Assembly: GCA_003151435.1 (NCBI GenBank)
Contig: PLXP01000144.1
Location: forward strand, 7,422-71,421
Direction: 5' to 3'
DNA from: Acidobacteriaceae bacterium
GTDB taxonomy: Bacteria; Acidobacteriota; Terriglobia; Terriglobales; Acidobacteriaceae
DNA length: 64,000 bases
In this document: positions 1 through 9,530 of the stretch, one piece after another
Layout: each line of letters begins with the position of its first letter
Position numbering within the stretch: position 1 is the first letter of the stretch
Notes under the pieces: model-generated
What the model saw: the letters and a program-made list of their open reading frames with translations, nothing else
What the model was told of the DNA's origin: nothing
The model's database searches: none
Translations under genes and position numbers: made by a program

Positions 1-192
1 GAACATGGAAAGATCTATGCGGCCGTCGAAGCGCGCTCCATGATCTTTGGCGCGATAGCGTTCTTTTGCTACGCGAGCGCCGCCAACTGGATACAGATGC
101 GCTTCAGGCCGCACGCGCTCACAACGACGATTGCGCTGTTGCCCTTGTGGCTGGGCACGTCGCTGGCCCTGTGGTTCACGTTTTCACGGTAG
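1..192 (+). CDS. C-terminal fragment of a hydrophobic membrane protein (start lies upstream of window)
   Basis: Frame 1 is open from the window edge to TAG at 190-192. The translation EHGKIYAAVEARSMIFGAIAFFCYASAANW...LPLWLGTSLALWFTFSR is TM-helix-like. It is absent from the ORF track because it is truncated. Confidence 0.35.
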   Translation, partial: EHGKIYAAVEARSMIFGAIAFFCYASAANWIQMRFRPHALTTTIALLPLWLGTSLALWFTFSR

Positions 193-211
193 GGTTCAAG
201 ATCGGCCCACG

Positions 212-685
212 ATGATCGTTCAGGCAAAATTCGCGGCGTTGAAAGGCATCAAGCCGCACGAGTTTGCGCTGCGCTTTCTCTTCGGCGGGCTGGTGTGTGT
301 GGCCGCGGGCCTGATTGCCAAGGAATATGGCCCGGCGATCGGCGGCTTGTTCCTTGCTTTTCCCGCGATTTTCCCCGCGGGCGCAAGCCTGGTGGAAGCG
401 CATGAGAAGACACACAAGGCTCGCGCGGGGTTTGACGGAACCAATCGCGGGCGCGTAGTGGCCGGCATTGACGCGGCCGGAGCCGCAATCGGCTGCATCG
501 GGCTTGCCGGCTTTGCCGTCACCTGCTGGCTCTGCCTGCCGCGCTTCTCCAGCTACACCGTGTTTGGCATGGCGATCATCGTGTGGCTCGTGCTATCAGT
601 ACTCCTCTGGCTCCTGGTCAAAAGCCGCATCTTCCGAAAGATGCGCGGGTCAAGGCACGATCTCCGCGCTTTCCGGCAACTATGA
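212..685 (+). CDS. DUF3147-like small polytopic membrane protein
   Basis: ATG at 212 gives MIVQAKFAALKGIKPHEFALRFLFGGLVCVAAGLIAKEYGP..., with four hydrophobic segments. The 131-211 extension in the track is Arg/Cys/Trp-rich and overlaps the preceding frame. Confidence 0.55.
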   Translation: MIVQAKFAALKGIKPHEFALRFLFGGLVCVAAGLIAKEYGPAIGGLFLAFPAIFPAGASLVEAHEKTHKARAGFDGTNRGRVVAGIDAAGAAIGCIGLAGFAVTCWLCLPRFSSYTVFGMAIIVWLVLSVLLWLLVKSRIFRKMRGSRHDLRAFRQL

Positions 686-796
686 CTCGCAGCAGGATTG
701 CGGTGTCTTGAAACCCCCGAGGCAAGCCGGGGACCCAGTCTTACGGTCCCCACACTCAGCCGGAATCGGGAGGCACGCATTCACGCTGTCAGAGAC

Positions 797-3070
797 CTAG
801 TCAGGCCCCGCGTCGTAGCCCGGCAGCATTCGCGCTTCCGACCGAAACACATGATACTCACCAAAAGAAACATCGTTCAGCCGCGTAAACTCAGCTCCAA
901 GATCTGTGGCCTGTCCATGACGATCCTTCTTGACCACCACAATTCGGCTAGTTGAAAGTGACACGCTTCTCACCGGACAAATGTAGATCTTGCTTCCGAT
1001 TTCTACGGGACCGTATTCCACCATGATGTCGGAACGCTCAATCGTAAGTCCGGGATTGAGGTCGGCTTCCACGGTCAGGCGAACGATCGTTCCCGTCTCG
1101 GGATCGATCGCCACCTCTCCGTGATAGCCGGTTTCCCGATCAAGATCGTAACTGTGATCGCTCTCCTTTGAACTGCGGTGTGCCACTTCGTAATGTGATT
1201 TCTCGTTGGGCACCGCGTAGCGAAAAACGGCCACTCGCCCGTTCGCGCCCTGTTCCCAGCGGCTCCAGGTCATTTCGCTGTGGGATGCATCCACAATGAC
1301 GGTGGAAAGAATCGGTCCGAATGTTCCCCTGGTGATTAGGCCCTTCTCTTCCCCATTCGGCTTCTTGCCCTTTAGCGCAGCCGAGTTCACCTCCTCCTTG
1401 CCGTTCCGGTAAATCACGGTAGCGTTGGAACTGCCCTCCACATGAAACGGCCGTGCCCCGGCAAGGATCGTGCCCCCCTGCTCAATATTCGGCGGCGTGT
1501 CATCAAAGCGAGTTGTCGCCCGATTGGCGTAGAAGTTCGGCAACTTGGGAATGGTCTTGCCTAAATAATCGACGGTCAGCGCGAAGATGCGACGCTGCTC
1601 AGCAATATCTGGCGCTGCACTGGCTGTGATCTCATCATCGGGAGGGCTGAGGAAGACTGACGCATCGCCCAGCGCCACCAGGGCCTGCTGGGCTTTCGCG
1701 CCGGGCAATCCGGCTTTCAACGCTGACAGCTTGTTGCTGCTGAGGCGCTCGGTCAGCTCAAGCCCGCCCAGTTGCCGGGCCACATCGGCGTCCGGCCTCC
1801 CCTGCATTTCTTTCAATTGCTGCTGCAACTGTGCGACCGTGACCTGTTTGGCAAGCATTTTCGGCGTCCAGGCATCAGCGGAAAAGGCGAGACGGTTCTC
1901 ATGCGGTGAATCTGGTGGCGGCTCGGGGCGACTGTAATCCGGCTGGTTGTAATACCCGGTGTTGGTCCGCGCCGTCAGCCCCGGCTTGCTTACAACCACC
2001 TTGAGATCGTGGTATTCATCGGAGTGTTCCGTCGGCGGCGGATTGAAGCTCAGCGTGTAAGCGGGGTTCGCTTCGGAGACAAAATCCTCGAGCTGTTCGA
2101 TCAGGTCGCTATCGCGATTGATAGCGGCGAGATCACCGCGCCCGCCGCTTTGAAGCGCAAGCACCGCCAGCGATAAGTTGCGCGGATCCACACCGCTAAC
2201 CCTCTTCACGCCTTTAAGGTAGTCGCGATAGTAGTACGGCGAATTGGCGTAGCCGCCATACAGCGTGATCCGCGCTTCTCGCAGCTTAGTTGAAAGAAAC
2301 ACGATCGCATTGAATTGAGCACTCTTGTCTTTCTCGTCCTTTTGCGTGAGCACGATCGGGTTAGGCGGAGGAGTCGACCACCCTGGGCCTGTCCAGATCA
2401 GCAGCTTCCTTCCCGGTTTCCTCGCCTCATCCTGCACAAAATGAAACAGCGTCAGGATCGACAGTTCGAAGAGATCCATGCCCCTTGGGCGGATGCTGGG
2501 ATTGATTTGGTGGACGATCTTAGCCAAAGCGATCCCATCCATCGAAGCCTGAGATGCAGTCTGGAAGCCCTTTGCCGTAAACAGGAGAATCGACACCGGA
2601 TGCGCTAATTGCCCGCCATTCTGGCGCAGAAACGCCTCTACCCCTTGTCGTATGTAGCCCAGTTCAACAAAACCGTTGTTGACCTCATCGATCAGCAGAA
2701 TCACTTCCACCGGCGGTTCAGGCTTGGCGGCGTTCTTATCCAATGCCATGAAGGAGACAATCTCCTTCGGCTTTCCATCTTCGAGTAACGTGAAATCCTG
2801 CGCGGTCAGGCCACCCACCGGCTTGCCCGCCGCGTCCGTCACCACCACGTCGAGGTGGATCCGGCCTTCAGCACTGCGCGCCGGCCATGGCCGAGGCCGA
2901 TTCCTCAGCCCGGGGTCAAAAGGTGCGGACTGCGGCACCGCCGCTGGCTGATCGGCTGCAACCGTGGCGCCTTGCTGACCCCACGTCATCACCGCCACGC
3001 TCATCAGAAGCAGCACACAGGCACACCCCGACTTGCTCAAACCCGCAGTCCCGGTCATCGCTCTGTCCAT
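797..3070 (-). CDS. Acidobacterial VWFA-related protein (TIGR03436-like) with about 370 aa extra C-terminal domain
   Basis: Signal-like N-terminus. Contains RIHLDVVVTDAAGKPVGGLTAQDFTLLEDGKPKEIVSF, a VWA core (VILLIDEVNN ... KLLIWTGPGW) and YHDLKVVVSKPGLTARTNTGYYNQP, all paralogous to the upstream gene. About 370 further residues of unknown fold follow. Confidence 0.75.
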   Translation of the reverse strand: MDRAMTGTAGLSKSGCACVLLLMSVAVMTWGQQGATVAADQPAAVPQSAPFDPGLRNRPRPWPARSAEGRIHLDVVVTDAAGKPVGGLTAQDFTLLEDGKPKEIVSFMALDKNAAKPEPPVEVILLIDEVNNGFVELGYIRQGVEAFLRQNGGQLAHPVSILLFTAKGFQTASQASMDGIALAKIVHQINPSIRPRGMDLFELSILTLFHFVQDEARKPGRKLLIWTGPGWSTPPPNPIVLTQKDEKDKSAQFNAIVFLSTKLREARITLYGGYANSPYYYRDYLKGVKRVSGVDPRNLSLAVLALQSGGRGDLAAINRDSDLIEQLEDFVSEANPAYTLSFNPPPTEHSDEYHDLKVVVSKPGLTARTNTGYYNQPDYSRPEPPPDSPHENRLAFSADAWTPKMLAKQVTVAQLQQQLKEMQGRPDADVARQLGGLELTERLSSNKLSALKAGLPGAKAQQALVALGDASVFLSPPDDEITASAAPDIAEQRRIFALTVDYLGKTIPKLPNFYANRATTRFDDTPPNIEQGGTILAGARPFHVEGSSNATVIYRNGKEEVNSAALKGKKPNGEEKGLITRGTFGPILSTVIVDASHSEMTWSRWEQGANGRVAVFRYAVPNEKSHYEVAHRSSKESDHSYDLDRETGYHGEVAIDPETGTIVRLTVEADLNPGLTIERSDIMVEYGPVEIGSKIYICPVRSVSLSTSRIVVVKKDRHGQATDLGAEFTRLNDVSFGEYHVFRSEARMLPGYDAGPD

Positions 3071-3086
3071 TTAACTTCAAGCAAGT

Positions 3087-4256
3087 CTACTGCTTTTGCG
3101 CGTGAGGCTGGTTGTAGTAGCCGGTGCTGGTGTGCGCGGTCAAACCGGGTTGTGCCACCTGCACCTTCAGATCGTGATACTCGCCGGCGTGCTCCGCAGG
3201 TGGCGGATCGAACGAAATTCTGTAGAACGCATTGGGATCCGCAACACAACGATCGATCTGGCCCGCAAGGTCGTTATCCGGCCCTGTAATCTGTCCGCCT
3301 GACTGTGTCACAAGCACCTTCAGCGCCAGGTCGCCGGCTTGTGCCTCGTGGGCTGATTTCACCGGTTTCAGAAAGTCTTTGAAAAGCAGCGCATAAGTGG
3401 AATCGGCGCCGCCCGCCCCCACGTTTGCCGGCGCAGCGCTGTAGATCACCATGCGCGCCTCTCGCAGCTTGGTCGATAGTTCGACGATGCCGTCAAAGTA
3501 GCGCCGTTCGTTCTTTTCGGAGTAGTAGCTTGGGTCGGTCCGGGTGAGCATGGGCCAGCCGGGCCCAACCCATATCAGCAACTTTCTGCCCGGTTTACGC
3601 GCCTCGTTTTCGGCAATGTTTGCCATTTGCCTGACGGATAACTGGAAACGCTCCAGCAAGCCCTCCCCACCCATCGCCGCGTCCACGGTCCTGATGCTGC
3701 CGTTGATATCGTGCACAACCTTCGCGATGGCATTGCCATCTACCGAAGGCCGCGGCTGTACCCTGAGACCCGCGTCAGAAAGCACAATGAGAGAAACCGG
3801 CTGCTTGAGATGCCCGCTATTCTCATGCAGAAATTGCTCCACTTGATGCCGCACGAAGGCCACCTGCTGGAAGGGCAGGTTGGCCGTGTCGATGACCAGG
3901 ATCACCTCAACCGGCGGGTCGGGCTTTGATGTGGAGTCGTTGAATGCATGAAACGAAAGGATCTTGCGCGGCTGCGCGTTATCCAGCAACTTCAAGTCCC
4001 AAGGCTGCAAACCTGTGACGGGCCTTCCTGCCGCATCCGCAACCACCACATCCAACTGCACCCGGCCTTCGCGGATCACCAGGCTCTTCGGCTTGGGCGG
4101 CGGGCGATTCGTGAGCACCGGATCGGCAGACGCCGGCGCCTGAACTGTCGTCTCGGGAGATGCAACGCGTTGCTGTGCGAATACCGCGATGGGCGCGCAA
4201 AACGCAACAAAAATGCACGCGAAACAAAATCCAGCCGGTCCATTCAGCCTTTGCAT
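3087..4256 (-). CDS. Acidobacterial VWFA-related protein (TIGR03436-like)
   Basis: The internal ATG at 4256 gives the signal peptide MQRLNGPAGFCFACIFVAFCAPIAVFAQQ. Contains RVQLDVVVADAAGRPVTGLQPWDLKLLDN, VILVIDTANL, KLLIWVGPGW and YHDLKVQVAQPGLTAHTSTGYYNQP. A 16-nt gap separates it from the downstream paralogue. Confidence 0.75.
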   Translation of the reverse strand: MQRLNGPAGFCFACIFVAFCAPIAVFAQQRVASPETTVQAPASADPVLTNRPPPKPKSLVIREGRVQLDVVVADAAGRPVTGLQPWDLKLLDNAQPRKILSFHAFNDSTSKPDPPVEVILVIDTANLPFQQVAFVRHQVEQFLHENSGHLKQPVSLIVLSDAGLRVQPRPSVDGNAIAKVVHDINGSIRTVDAAMGGEGLLERFQLSVRQMANIAENEARKPGRKLLIWVGPGWPMLTRTDPSYYSEKNERRYFDGIVELSTKLREARMVIYSAAPANVGAGGADSTYALLFKDFLKPVKSAHEAQAGDLALKVLVTQSGGQITGPDNDLAGQIDRCVADPNAFYRISFDPPPAEHAGEYHDLKVQVAQPGLTAHTSTGYYNQPHAQKQ

Positions 4257-4332
4257 CGTCTTGGTCTCCCCACCGAGTCTAATGCCGAACGCCGGCACAG
4301 GCATAATGAAGGAGACCCGAAAGGAAGGTTGG

Positions 4333-5310
4333 ATGTTGCGTCGAAACATGAAGCTTTCGGTCTTTGTGGCATTGGCGACGGTGGCTCTTCTGTCGTTTTC
4401 CCGCCAACCATTGCGCGCTCAGAGCGCGGCCCCCAGATCCGGCCTTGTTGAAACCACCCCCGGTGATGCAGCCGCCTGGCGCCAGCAACTCGATCTGTGG
4501 CGCGCGCAACGCGAGCGCGAACTTGCCACGCCGGACGGCTGGCTCACGCTGGTCGGGCTGGAATGGCTGAAGCCGGGCGTCAACTCCTTTGGCACCGCGG
4601 CTGACAATCGGATCAGGATCAATGCCAAGGCCCCCGACCACATGGGGCTGCTGACGGTCTCCGGGCCAACCGTGCAGCTGCTTTCGCCCAGCGGCGGCTT
4701 TCCGCCCGACCTGCAAATCGACGGCAAGCCGGCGCGCGAGGGCACGCTGAGCGCCGACGACAAGAAGCCTTCGACGCTGACCTGGCACAACTTGACCATG
4801 GTGGTGCTGCCCCGCGGCGACCGCTACGCCCTGCGCATCAAGGATGCGGCCTCGCCCACGCGCACCGGCTTTCGCGGCCTGCACTGGTACGCGGCCGACC
4901 CGCGCTATCGCGTCACGGCGCGCTGGATTCCGTTCACGCCTCCGCACGTTGAGAAGATCCCCACCATCATCGGCACCACGCTGAACATGCCCGCGCCGGG
5001 CATCGCGGAGTTCACGCTCAACGGCAAAACGCTGTTGCTTGAGCCGGTGATCGAAGGCGGCGAGAAGGACAAGCTGTTCTTCATTCTGCGCGACCAGACC
5101 AGCCAGACCACCACATACCAGGCTGCGCGGTTTCTTACCACCGGGCTGCCCAGCAACGGCCTCACGCAGCCGGGAACGCTCACGCTCGACTTCAACGAGC
5201 TCTACAATCCGCCCTGCGCCTACACGCCTTACGCAACTTGCCCGCTGCCGCCCGACGCGAATCGGCTTGCCGTTGCAATCGAGGCGGGCGAACAGCGCTA
5301 CGCGCACTGA
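4333..5310 (+). CDS. DUF1684 domain-containing protein
   Basis: ATG at 4333 follows AAGGAAGG and gives the signal-like MLRRNMKLSVFVALATVALLSF. DUF1684 hallmarks are present: GLHWYAADPRYRV ... LDFNELYNPPCAYTPYATCPLPPDANRL..IEAGEQRY. Confidence 0.8.
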   Translation: MLRRNMKLSVFVALATVALLSFSRQPLRAQSAAPRSGLVETTPGDAAAWRQQLDLWRAQRERELATPDGWLTLVGLEWLKPGVNSFGTAADNRIRINAKAPDHMGLLTVSGPTVQLLSPSGGFPPDLQIDGKPAREGTLSADDKKPSTLTWHNLTMVVLPRGDRYALRIKDAASPTRTGFRGLHWYAADPRYRVTARWIPFTPPHVEKIPTIIGTTLNMPAPGIAEFTLNGKTLLLEPVIEGGEKDKLFFILRDQTSQTTTYQAARFLTTGLPSNGLTQPGTLTLDFNELYNPPCAYTPYATCPLPPDANRLAVAIEAGEQRYAH

Positions 5311-5371
5311 AGCTTAACCCGGGCTTGCGCTCAGTGTCCCCGATTGCATCTGAAAGCAAGCAGGAGCGTTG

Positions 5372-6223
5372 ATGAGAATTCGCGGTCGTGGCGTGAACCT
5401 GGCGCAGATTGTTCTGTTGATGTTGGCCGCGCCCGTGTTGGGTGCGCAGGCGGGCCCACCCTTCCAGACCGACGACCCAACGCCGGTGGACTACGGGCAC
5501 TACGAGTTCTACATCTTCGGCATGGTGGATGGCACGCCTGCAGAACTTGACCCGACGGGGCCGGCCTTCGAATTCAACTGGGGCGCGGTTCCCAACGTTC
5601 AGTTGCATGCCATTCTGCCCTGGGGCGGCGTGATGCCGTCGAATAACCCCATCTATGCTCCGGGCGGAACGGGGACGAGCGCCTTCGGCCTCACAGACAT
5701 GGAATTTGGCGTGAAATACGGCTTTATCAAACAGACCAAGCATCGCCCACAGATCGGATCGTTCACCATGCTTGAAGTTCCCACGGGCAATGCCGACAAG
5801 GGCCTCGGCGTGGGCAAGGTCTGGTACAAGCTGCCGCTGTGGATCGACAAGGACTTTGGGCCGTGGAGCCTGGTGGGCGGAGCCGGATACGCGATCAACA
5901 AGCAGAAGGATTACCGCAGCTATCCGTATGGTGGGTTCCTGGTAAAGCGAGTGATGAGCAAGAAGCTCGAGTTATCCGCTGAAGTGTTTTCGCATGCGAG
6001 GGAGGGCTTTGCCGCCGCGCAGACGCAAGCCTCCGCCATGATCGACGCGGGCGGATACTACCACTTCAAATCTCCGGGGCTGCAATTGCTGTTCGCGTAC
6101 GGGCACTCCATCGCCGGGCAAACGGAGAACTACGGCTACCTGGGGCTCTACAAGACCTGGGGCAAAGACAAGGACGCCGGAAAAGACGGGAACGACCCCA
6201 CGAAACCCGCGCAGGAGCAGTAA
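5372..6223 (+). CDS. Outer-membrane beta-barrel 'transporter' family protein (MetA-pathway/phenol-degradation-like)
   Basis: CAGGAG SD lies 5 nt before ATG 5372. Signal peptide, PFQTDDPTPVDYGHYEF motif and alternating beta-strand pattern. The family call is by recollection only. Confidence 0.55.
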   Translation: MRIRGRGVNLAQIVLLMLAAPVLGAQAGPPFQTDDPTPVDYGHYEFYIFGMVDGTPAELDPTGPAFEFNWGAVPNVQLHAILPWGGVMPSNNPIYAPGGTGTSAFGLTDMEFGVKYGFIKQTKHRPQIGSFTMLEVPTGNADKGLGVGKVWYKLPLWIDKDFGPWSLVGGAGYAINKQKDYRSYPYGGFLVKRVMSKKLELSAEVFSHAREGFAAAQTQASAMIDAGGYYHFKSPGLQLLFAYGHSIAGQTENYGYLGLYKTWGKDKDAGKDGNDPTKPAQEQ

Positions 6224-6406
6224 GTTTCCCGCAGTACTTCACCTCGCTGGAAATCTCTTTGAATTGCGAGTGAAACTTTAACTCCGTTCCTCTTTGGCGC
6301 GTAGTGCCCGTCATCACTTCTGAAGGCTGTTAACTTTAAAAGAGGGAGTGTTCCCTCAGAGCCGTGACGTTTCCGCGGCAAGGACGCAAGCCGCCAGAAA
6401 AGAGCC

Positions 6407-7483
6407 ATGTTCCAACCGACAGAGAATCTTCGCATTCAATGGACCAAAGTCGTTCTTCCTCCCGTGTTTCTCGAGGAAGAATTGCCCATCACGGAAGCCG
6501 CATCGGCCACCATCTACAACGCGCGCAACGGGATCTGCGAGATCCTCGGCAAGCGCGACCAGCGGCTGCTGGTACTGGTGGGCCCGTGCTCCATTCACGA
6601 CACCAAGGCAGCGCGCGGGTATGCCACGCTGCTCAAGAGCGCCATCGCGGAGTTTTCAAGCGAGCTGCACATTGTGATGCGCGTTTATTTTGAGAAGCCC
6701 CGCACCATTGTGGGATGGAAGGGCCTGATCAACGACCCGCACCTCGATCAGTCGTTCAAGATCAACGACGGGCTGCGCCTGGCGCGGCATCTGCTGCTCG
6801 ATCTCGCCGAGATGGGTGTTCCCGCTGGCACGGAGTTCCTTGACATGATTTCGCCGCAGTACATCGCGGGCCTGGCTAGCTGGGGCGCCATCGGAGCACG
6901 CACCACGGAGAGCCAGGTGCATCGCCAACTCGTGTCAGGCGTGTCGTGCCCGGTGGGCTTCAAGAATGCGACGTCAGGCGACGTGCAGGTGGCTATCGAC
7001 GCGATCTTGTCGGCGGCGCACTCGCACACATTTTTGGGACACACGAGTTATGGCCAGTCCGCCATCTTTGTCACCACGGGCAATCCCGATTGCCACATCA
7101 TTTTGCGCGGCGGCCGCAAGATGGTGAACTACACAGCGGAGAGCGTGGCGCAGACGGCAGCGCAGATGGAAAAGGCCGGCCTGGACCCCCGCATCATGAT
7201 CGATTTCAGCCACGCCAACAGCAACAAGGACTACACGCGGCAGGCGCTGGTCTGCCACGATGTAGCCGGACAGATCGCAGGTGGGGACCGCAACATCATT
7301 GGCGCGATGATCGAGAGCAACCTGGTGGCTGGCGCGCAAAAGCTGGTCCCCGGGCAACCGCTGGTGTATGGACAAAGCATCACCGACGCGTGCATCGACT
7401 GGCCCGAAACGCAAACGCTGCTTGCTGAACTGGCAGCCGCGGTCAAGGCGCGGCGGACCGCCCCTCCGGCGATCCGCGCGTAA
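6407..7483 (+). CDS. aroG: 3-deoxy-7-phosphoheptulonate (DAHP) synthase, class I
   Basis: LVLVGPCSIHD, FEKPRTIVGWKGLINDP, GARTTESQVHRQL and IDFSHANS match class I alpha DAHP synthases. Isozyme and feedback specificity are unknown. Confidence 0.9.
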   Translation: MFQPTENLRIQWTKVVLPPVFLEEELPITEAASATIYNARNGICEILGKRDQRLLVLVGPCSIHDTKAARGYATLLKSAIAEFSSELHIVMRVYFEKPRTIVGWKGLINDPHLDQSFKINDGLRLARHLLLDLAEMGVPAGTEFLDMISPQYIAGLASWGAIGARTTESQVHRQLVSGVSCPVGFKNATSGDVQVAIDAILSAAHSHTFLGHTSYGQSAIFVTTGNPDCHIILRGGRKMVNYTAESVAQTAAQMEKAGLDPRIMIDFSHANSNKDYTRQALVCHDVAGQIAGGDRNIIGAMIESNLVAGAQKLVPGQPLVYGQSITDACIDWPETQTLLAELAAAVKARRTAPPAIRA

Positions 7484-7523
7484 AAGCCCCGGGCGATCTG
7501 CGCTCTTGTTTCTATCGGCAGAG

Positions 7524-8555
7524 TCAGGCGTGCCCCATCACCACAGTATGTGGACTCATCGGGATGGGGTGCGCCGTGATCCCTGTGAAGCCCGCCTCGT
7601 TGTACATGGCCGTAAGTTCGCTCAGCGTATAAGCGTCCCCGCCTACGGTGGATGTGAGCATGGTCATGGCGAAGGCCGCGGGCATGGGCGGCGACACTCG
7701 ATCTTCGTTGGGCACAAACTCCAGCGTGGCCGCGCGCCCGCCGGGCCGCAGCGCAGCGTGCACTTTGTGCAACAGGCTTACGCAGGTGGGCTTATCGAAG
7801 TGGTGCAGGAAATTGGTGAGCAACACCGCGTCGTAAGGCTCGCCAAAGTCCACGTCGAACGCGCTTCCCGGCAGCATGTTGTAGCGTTCGTGCACCCCGG
7901 CCTTGCGCGCATTGTCAAGCGCCACTCTCAGCACCGGAGCCCAATCGAGACCCGTGACGTGAGCCTCGGGATTTTGTTTCGCGATCTCGATGCCGAAAAG
8001 CCCGTGACCCGCAGCGATATCCAGCACGCGCATCGGGCCGGTCTGTCCATCCAGCACCACGGCGCCCAGCGGACCGGTCAGCGGCGCCATCATGGGCGCC
8101 ATGGTCTCCGCAAACTGCACCCAGATCGGATTTTCCGGCGCCACGCTGCCATCGCCCGCGAGCGTTGTGCGCCCGGTGCGCACCACATCCGCCAGGTGGT
8201 AGTAAGGCTCGCGCATTGCCTCATTGCCGAGAAACTGCGCAATGGAAGCAAGCGATGAAGGCGAGCGCGGGTCAAGGAACGCAGCGCTCGTGGCAGAGTG
8301 CCGGTAGTGCCCGTCATCCTTCACCAGGACACCGTAGATGGCGAGGAAATCGCACAGGATGCGGATGCCGCGCTCCGATGCCGAACAGTGCTTTGCAATG
8401 GAGGCCACATCTCCGGGCCCTTCCCCCACCGCCCTGAACACATCGAGATCAATTGCCGCTTTGAGAGCCGCGGTGCGCTGATGCGCCTGCAGCATGTCGA
8501 ACACCAGACCTGGAGTCAATGGACCTTCAGCGTGAGTACTCTCGTGCATGAACAA
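7524..8555 (-). CDS. SAM-dependent O-methyltransferase (family 2, with N-terminal dimerisation/wHTH domain)
   Basis: VLDIAAGHGLFGIEIAKQNP (motif I) and LLTNFLHHF. The length and N-terminal helical domain are typical of COMT/Methyltransf_2 proteins. Confidence 0.75.
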   Translation of the reverse strand: MFMHESTHAEGPLTPGLVFDMLQAHQRTAALKAAIDLDVFRAVGEGPGDVASIAKHCSASERGIRILCDFLAIYGVLVKDDGHYRHSATSAAFLDPRSPSSLASIAQFLGNEAMREPYYHLADVVRTGRTTLAGDGSVAPENPIWVQFAETMAPMMAPLTGPLGAVVLDGQTGPMRVLDIAAGHGLFGIEIAKQNPEAHVTGLDWAPVLRVALDNARKAGVHERYNMLPGSAFDVDFGEPYDAVLLTNFLHHFDKPTCVSLLHKVHAALRPGGRAATLEFVPNEDRVSPPMPAAFAMTMLTSTVGGDAYTLSELTAMYNEAGFTGITAHPIPMSPHTVVMGHA

Positions 8556-8791
8556 CCTCCTGTTTTATAAAGCCGAATGATGGATTGGGGAATCCGGGGC
8601 AGGCCTGCAGAGTGTATCACTCAGTGAACTTCTTAGCGATGAGAATCGTCAACTTGCGCGCACACGCATTCCCTGGCAAAACCAGTGCGCGGTCGAGGGG
8701 CCGCGGCCTTGTGAATCTTCAACCACGCCGCGCCAATCCACTCATCAGCGGGCGACAGGTGGCATGATGCAGCGAAGCACCTTAAATCGCG

Positions 8792-9439
8792 CTACCTGCA
8801 ATCTCCATCAACCAGAGCCTTCACTTGGTTGATGAATTGCTTGCCGGCGTCTGGAGAACTCAGCGGGATCAGGAACCGGTAAACGTATCCGTCAAAATCA
8901 ACAAAGTTGTTTGTGGTCCTGGTCTCCTTGATGACTTTAGCCTTTGCCTGTACCTGAAGCCACGTGAAGGTGCATGAGGAGTTTTCAGTGCACACGGAGT
9001 TGGTGTTCCTTTTCAACTGAAGGGGCCGTGCCTCGACCAGCGTCATCGCACCAGCGATCTCGCGCGTGAGAATGAAATCGATTCTGTAGGTCTCGGTATC
9101 CTGCATGTTTTCGATGGATTTTTTGCCCGCGGTTCCGGAGAAAAGATCCACAATCAGGATGTCCATTGTCAACGAGCAGCCATCCAGTTTGGCACTTTGA
9201 ATCGCGCCATAGACCGAACCGCGATAGGAGGCTAACTTGTTGGTCGAATCGATATAGCTTTGGCGATAGAAAAGGGTTGCGCCCGTCTTTCTTTCCTCTT
9301 CGATCACATTGAGGAAGTTCTCTCGCGCTGAAGCTCTCTTTATCTCATTGCCCCCGCTGTTGCTCTGGCAGACGAGGGCCGGCGTTCCTGCCGCGGCCAC
9401 CATCAGGCAAACAAAAATTGCCGCCGTTCGCCACACCAT
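8792..9439 (-). CDS. Hypothetical secreted protein
   Basis: 215-aa ORF with N-terminal signal-like MVWRTAAIFVCLMVAAAGTPALV. No recognisable motif. The codon usage is visibly more A/T-rich than in the neighbours. Confidence 0.5.
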   Translation of the reverse strand: MVWRTAAIFVCLMVAAAGTPALVCQSNSGGNEIKRASARENFLNVIEEERKTGATLFYRQSYIDSTNKLASYRGSVYGAIQSAKLDGCSLTMDILIVDLFSGTAGKKSIENMQDTETYRIDFILTREIAGAMTLVEARPLQLKRNTNSVCTENSSCTFTWLQVQAKAKVIKETRTTNNFVDFDGYVYRFLIPLSSPDAGKQFINQVKALVDGDCR

Positions 9440-9530
9440 GTGTGATTACACCACCTCAATGAACCATGGTAAGTCATTGGCAATCCGAGAAGCTGCGATG
9501 CGCCCTGCGCCCGACTCCCCGCGTGGAGGG

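Noticed and set aside
4279-5307. 342-aa minus-strand ORF opposite the DUF1684 gene. Similar long antisense ORFs lie at 41953-42996, 24312-25322, 25262-26296, 13788-14471, 11714-12544, 16053-16751 and 51477-52244.
   Set aside because: Each overlaps a sense gene with clear family motifs and has an Arg/Gly/Ala/His-biased composition. No SD or motif support was found.
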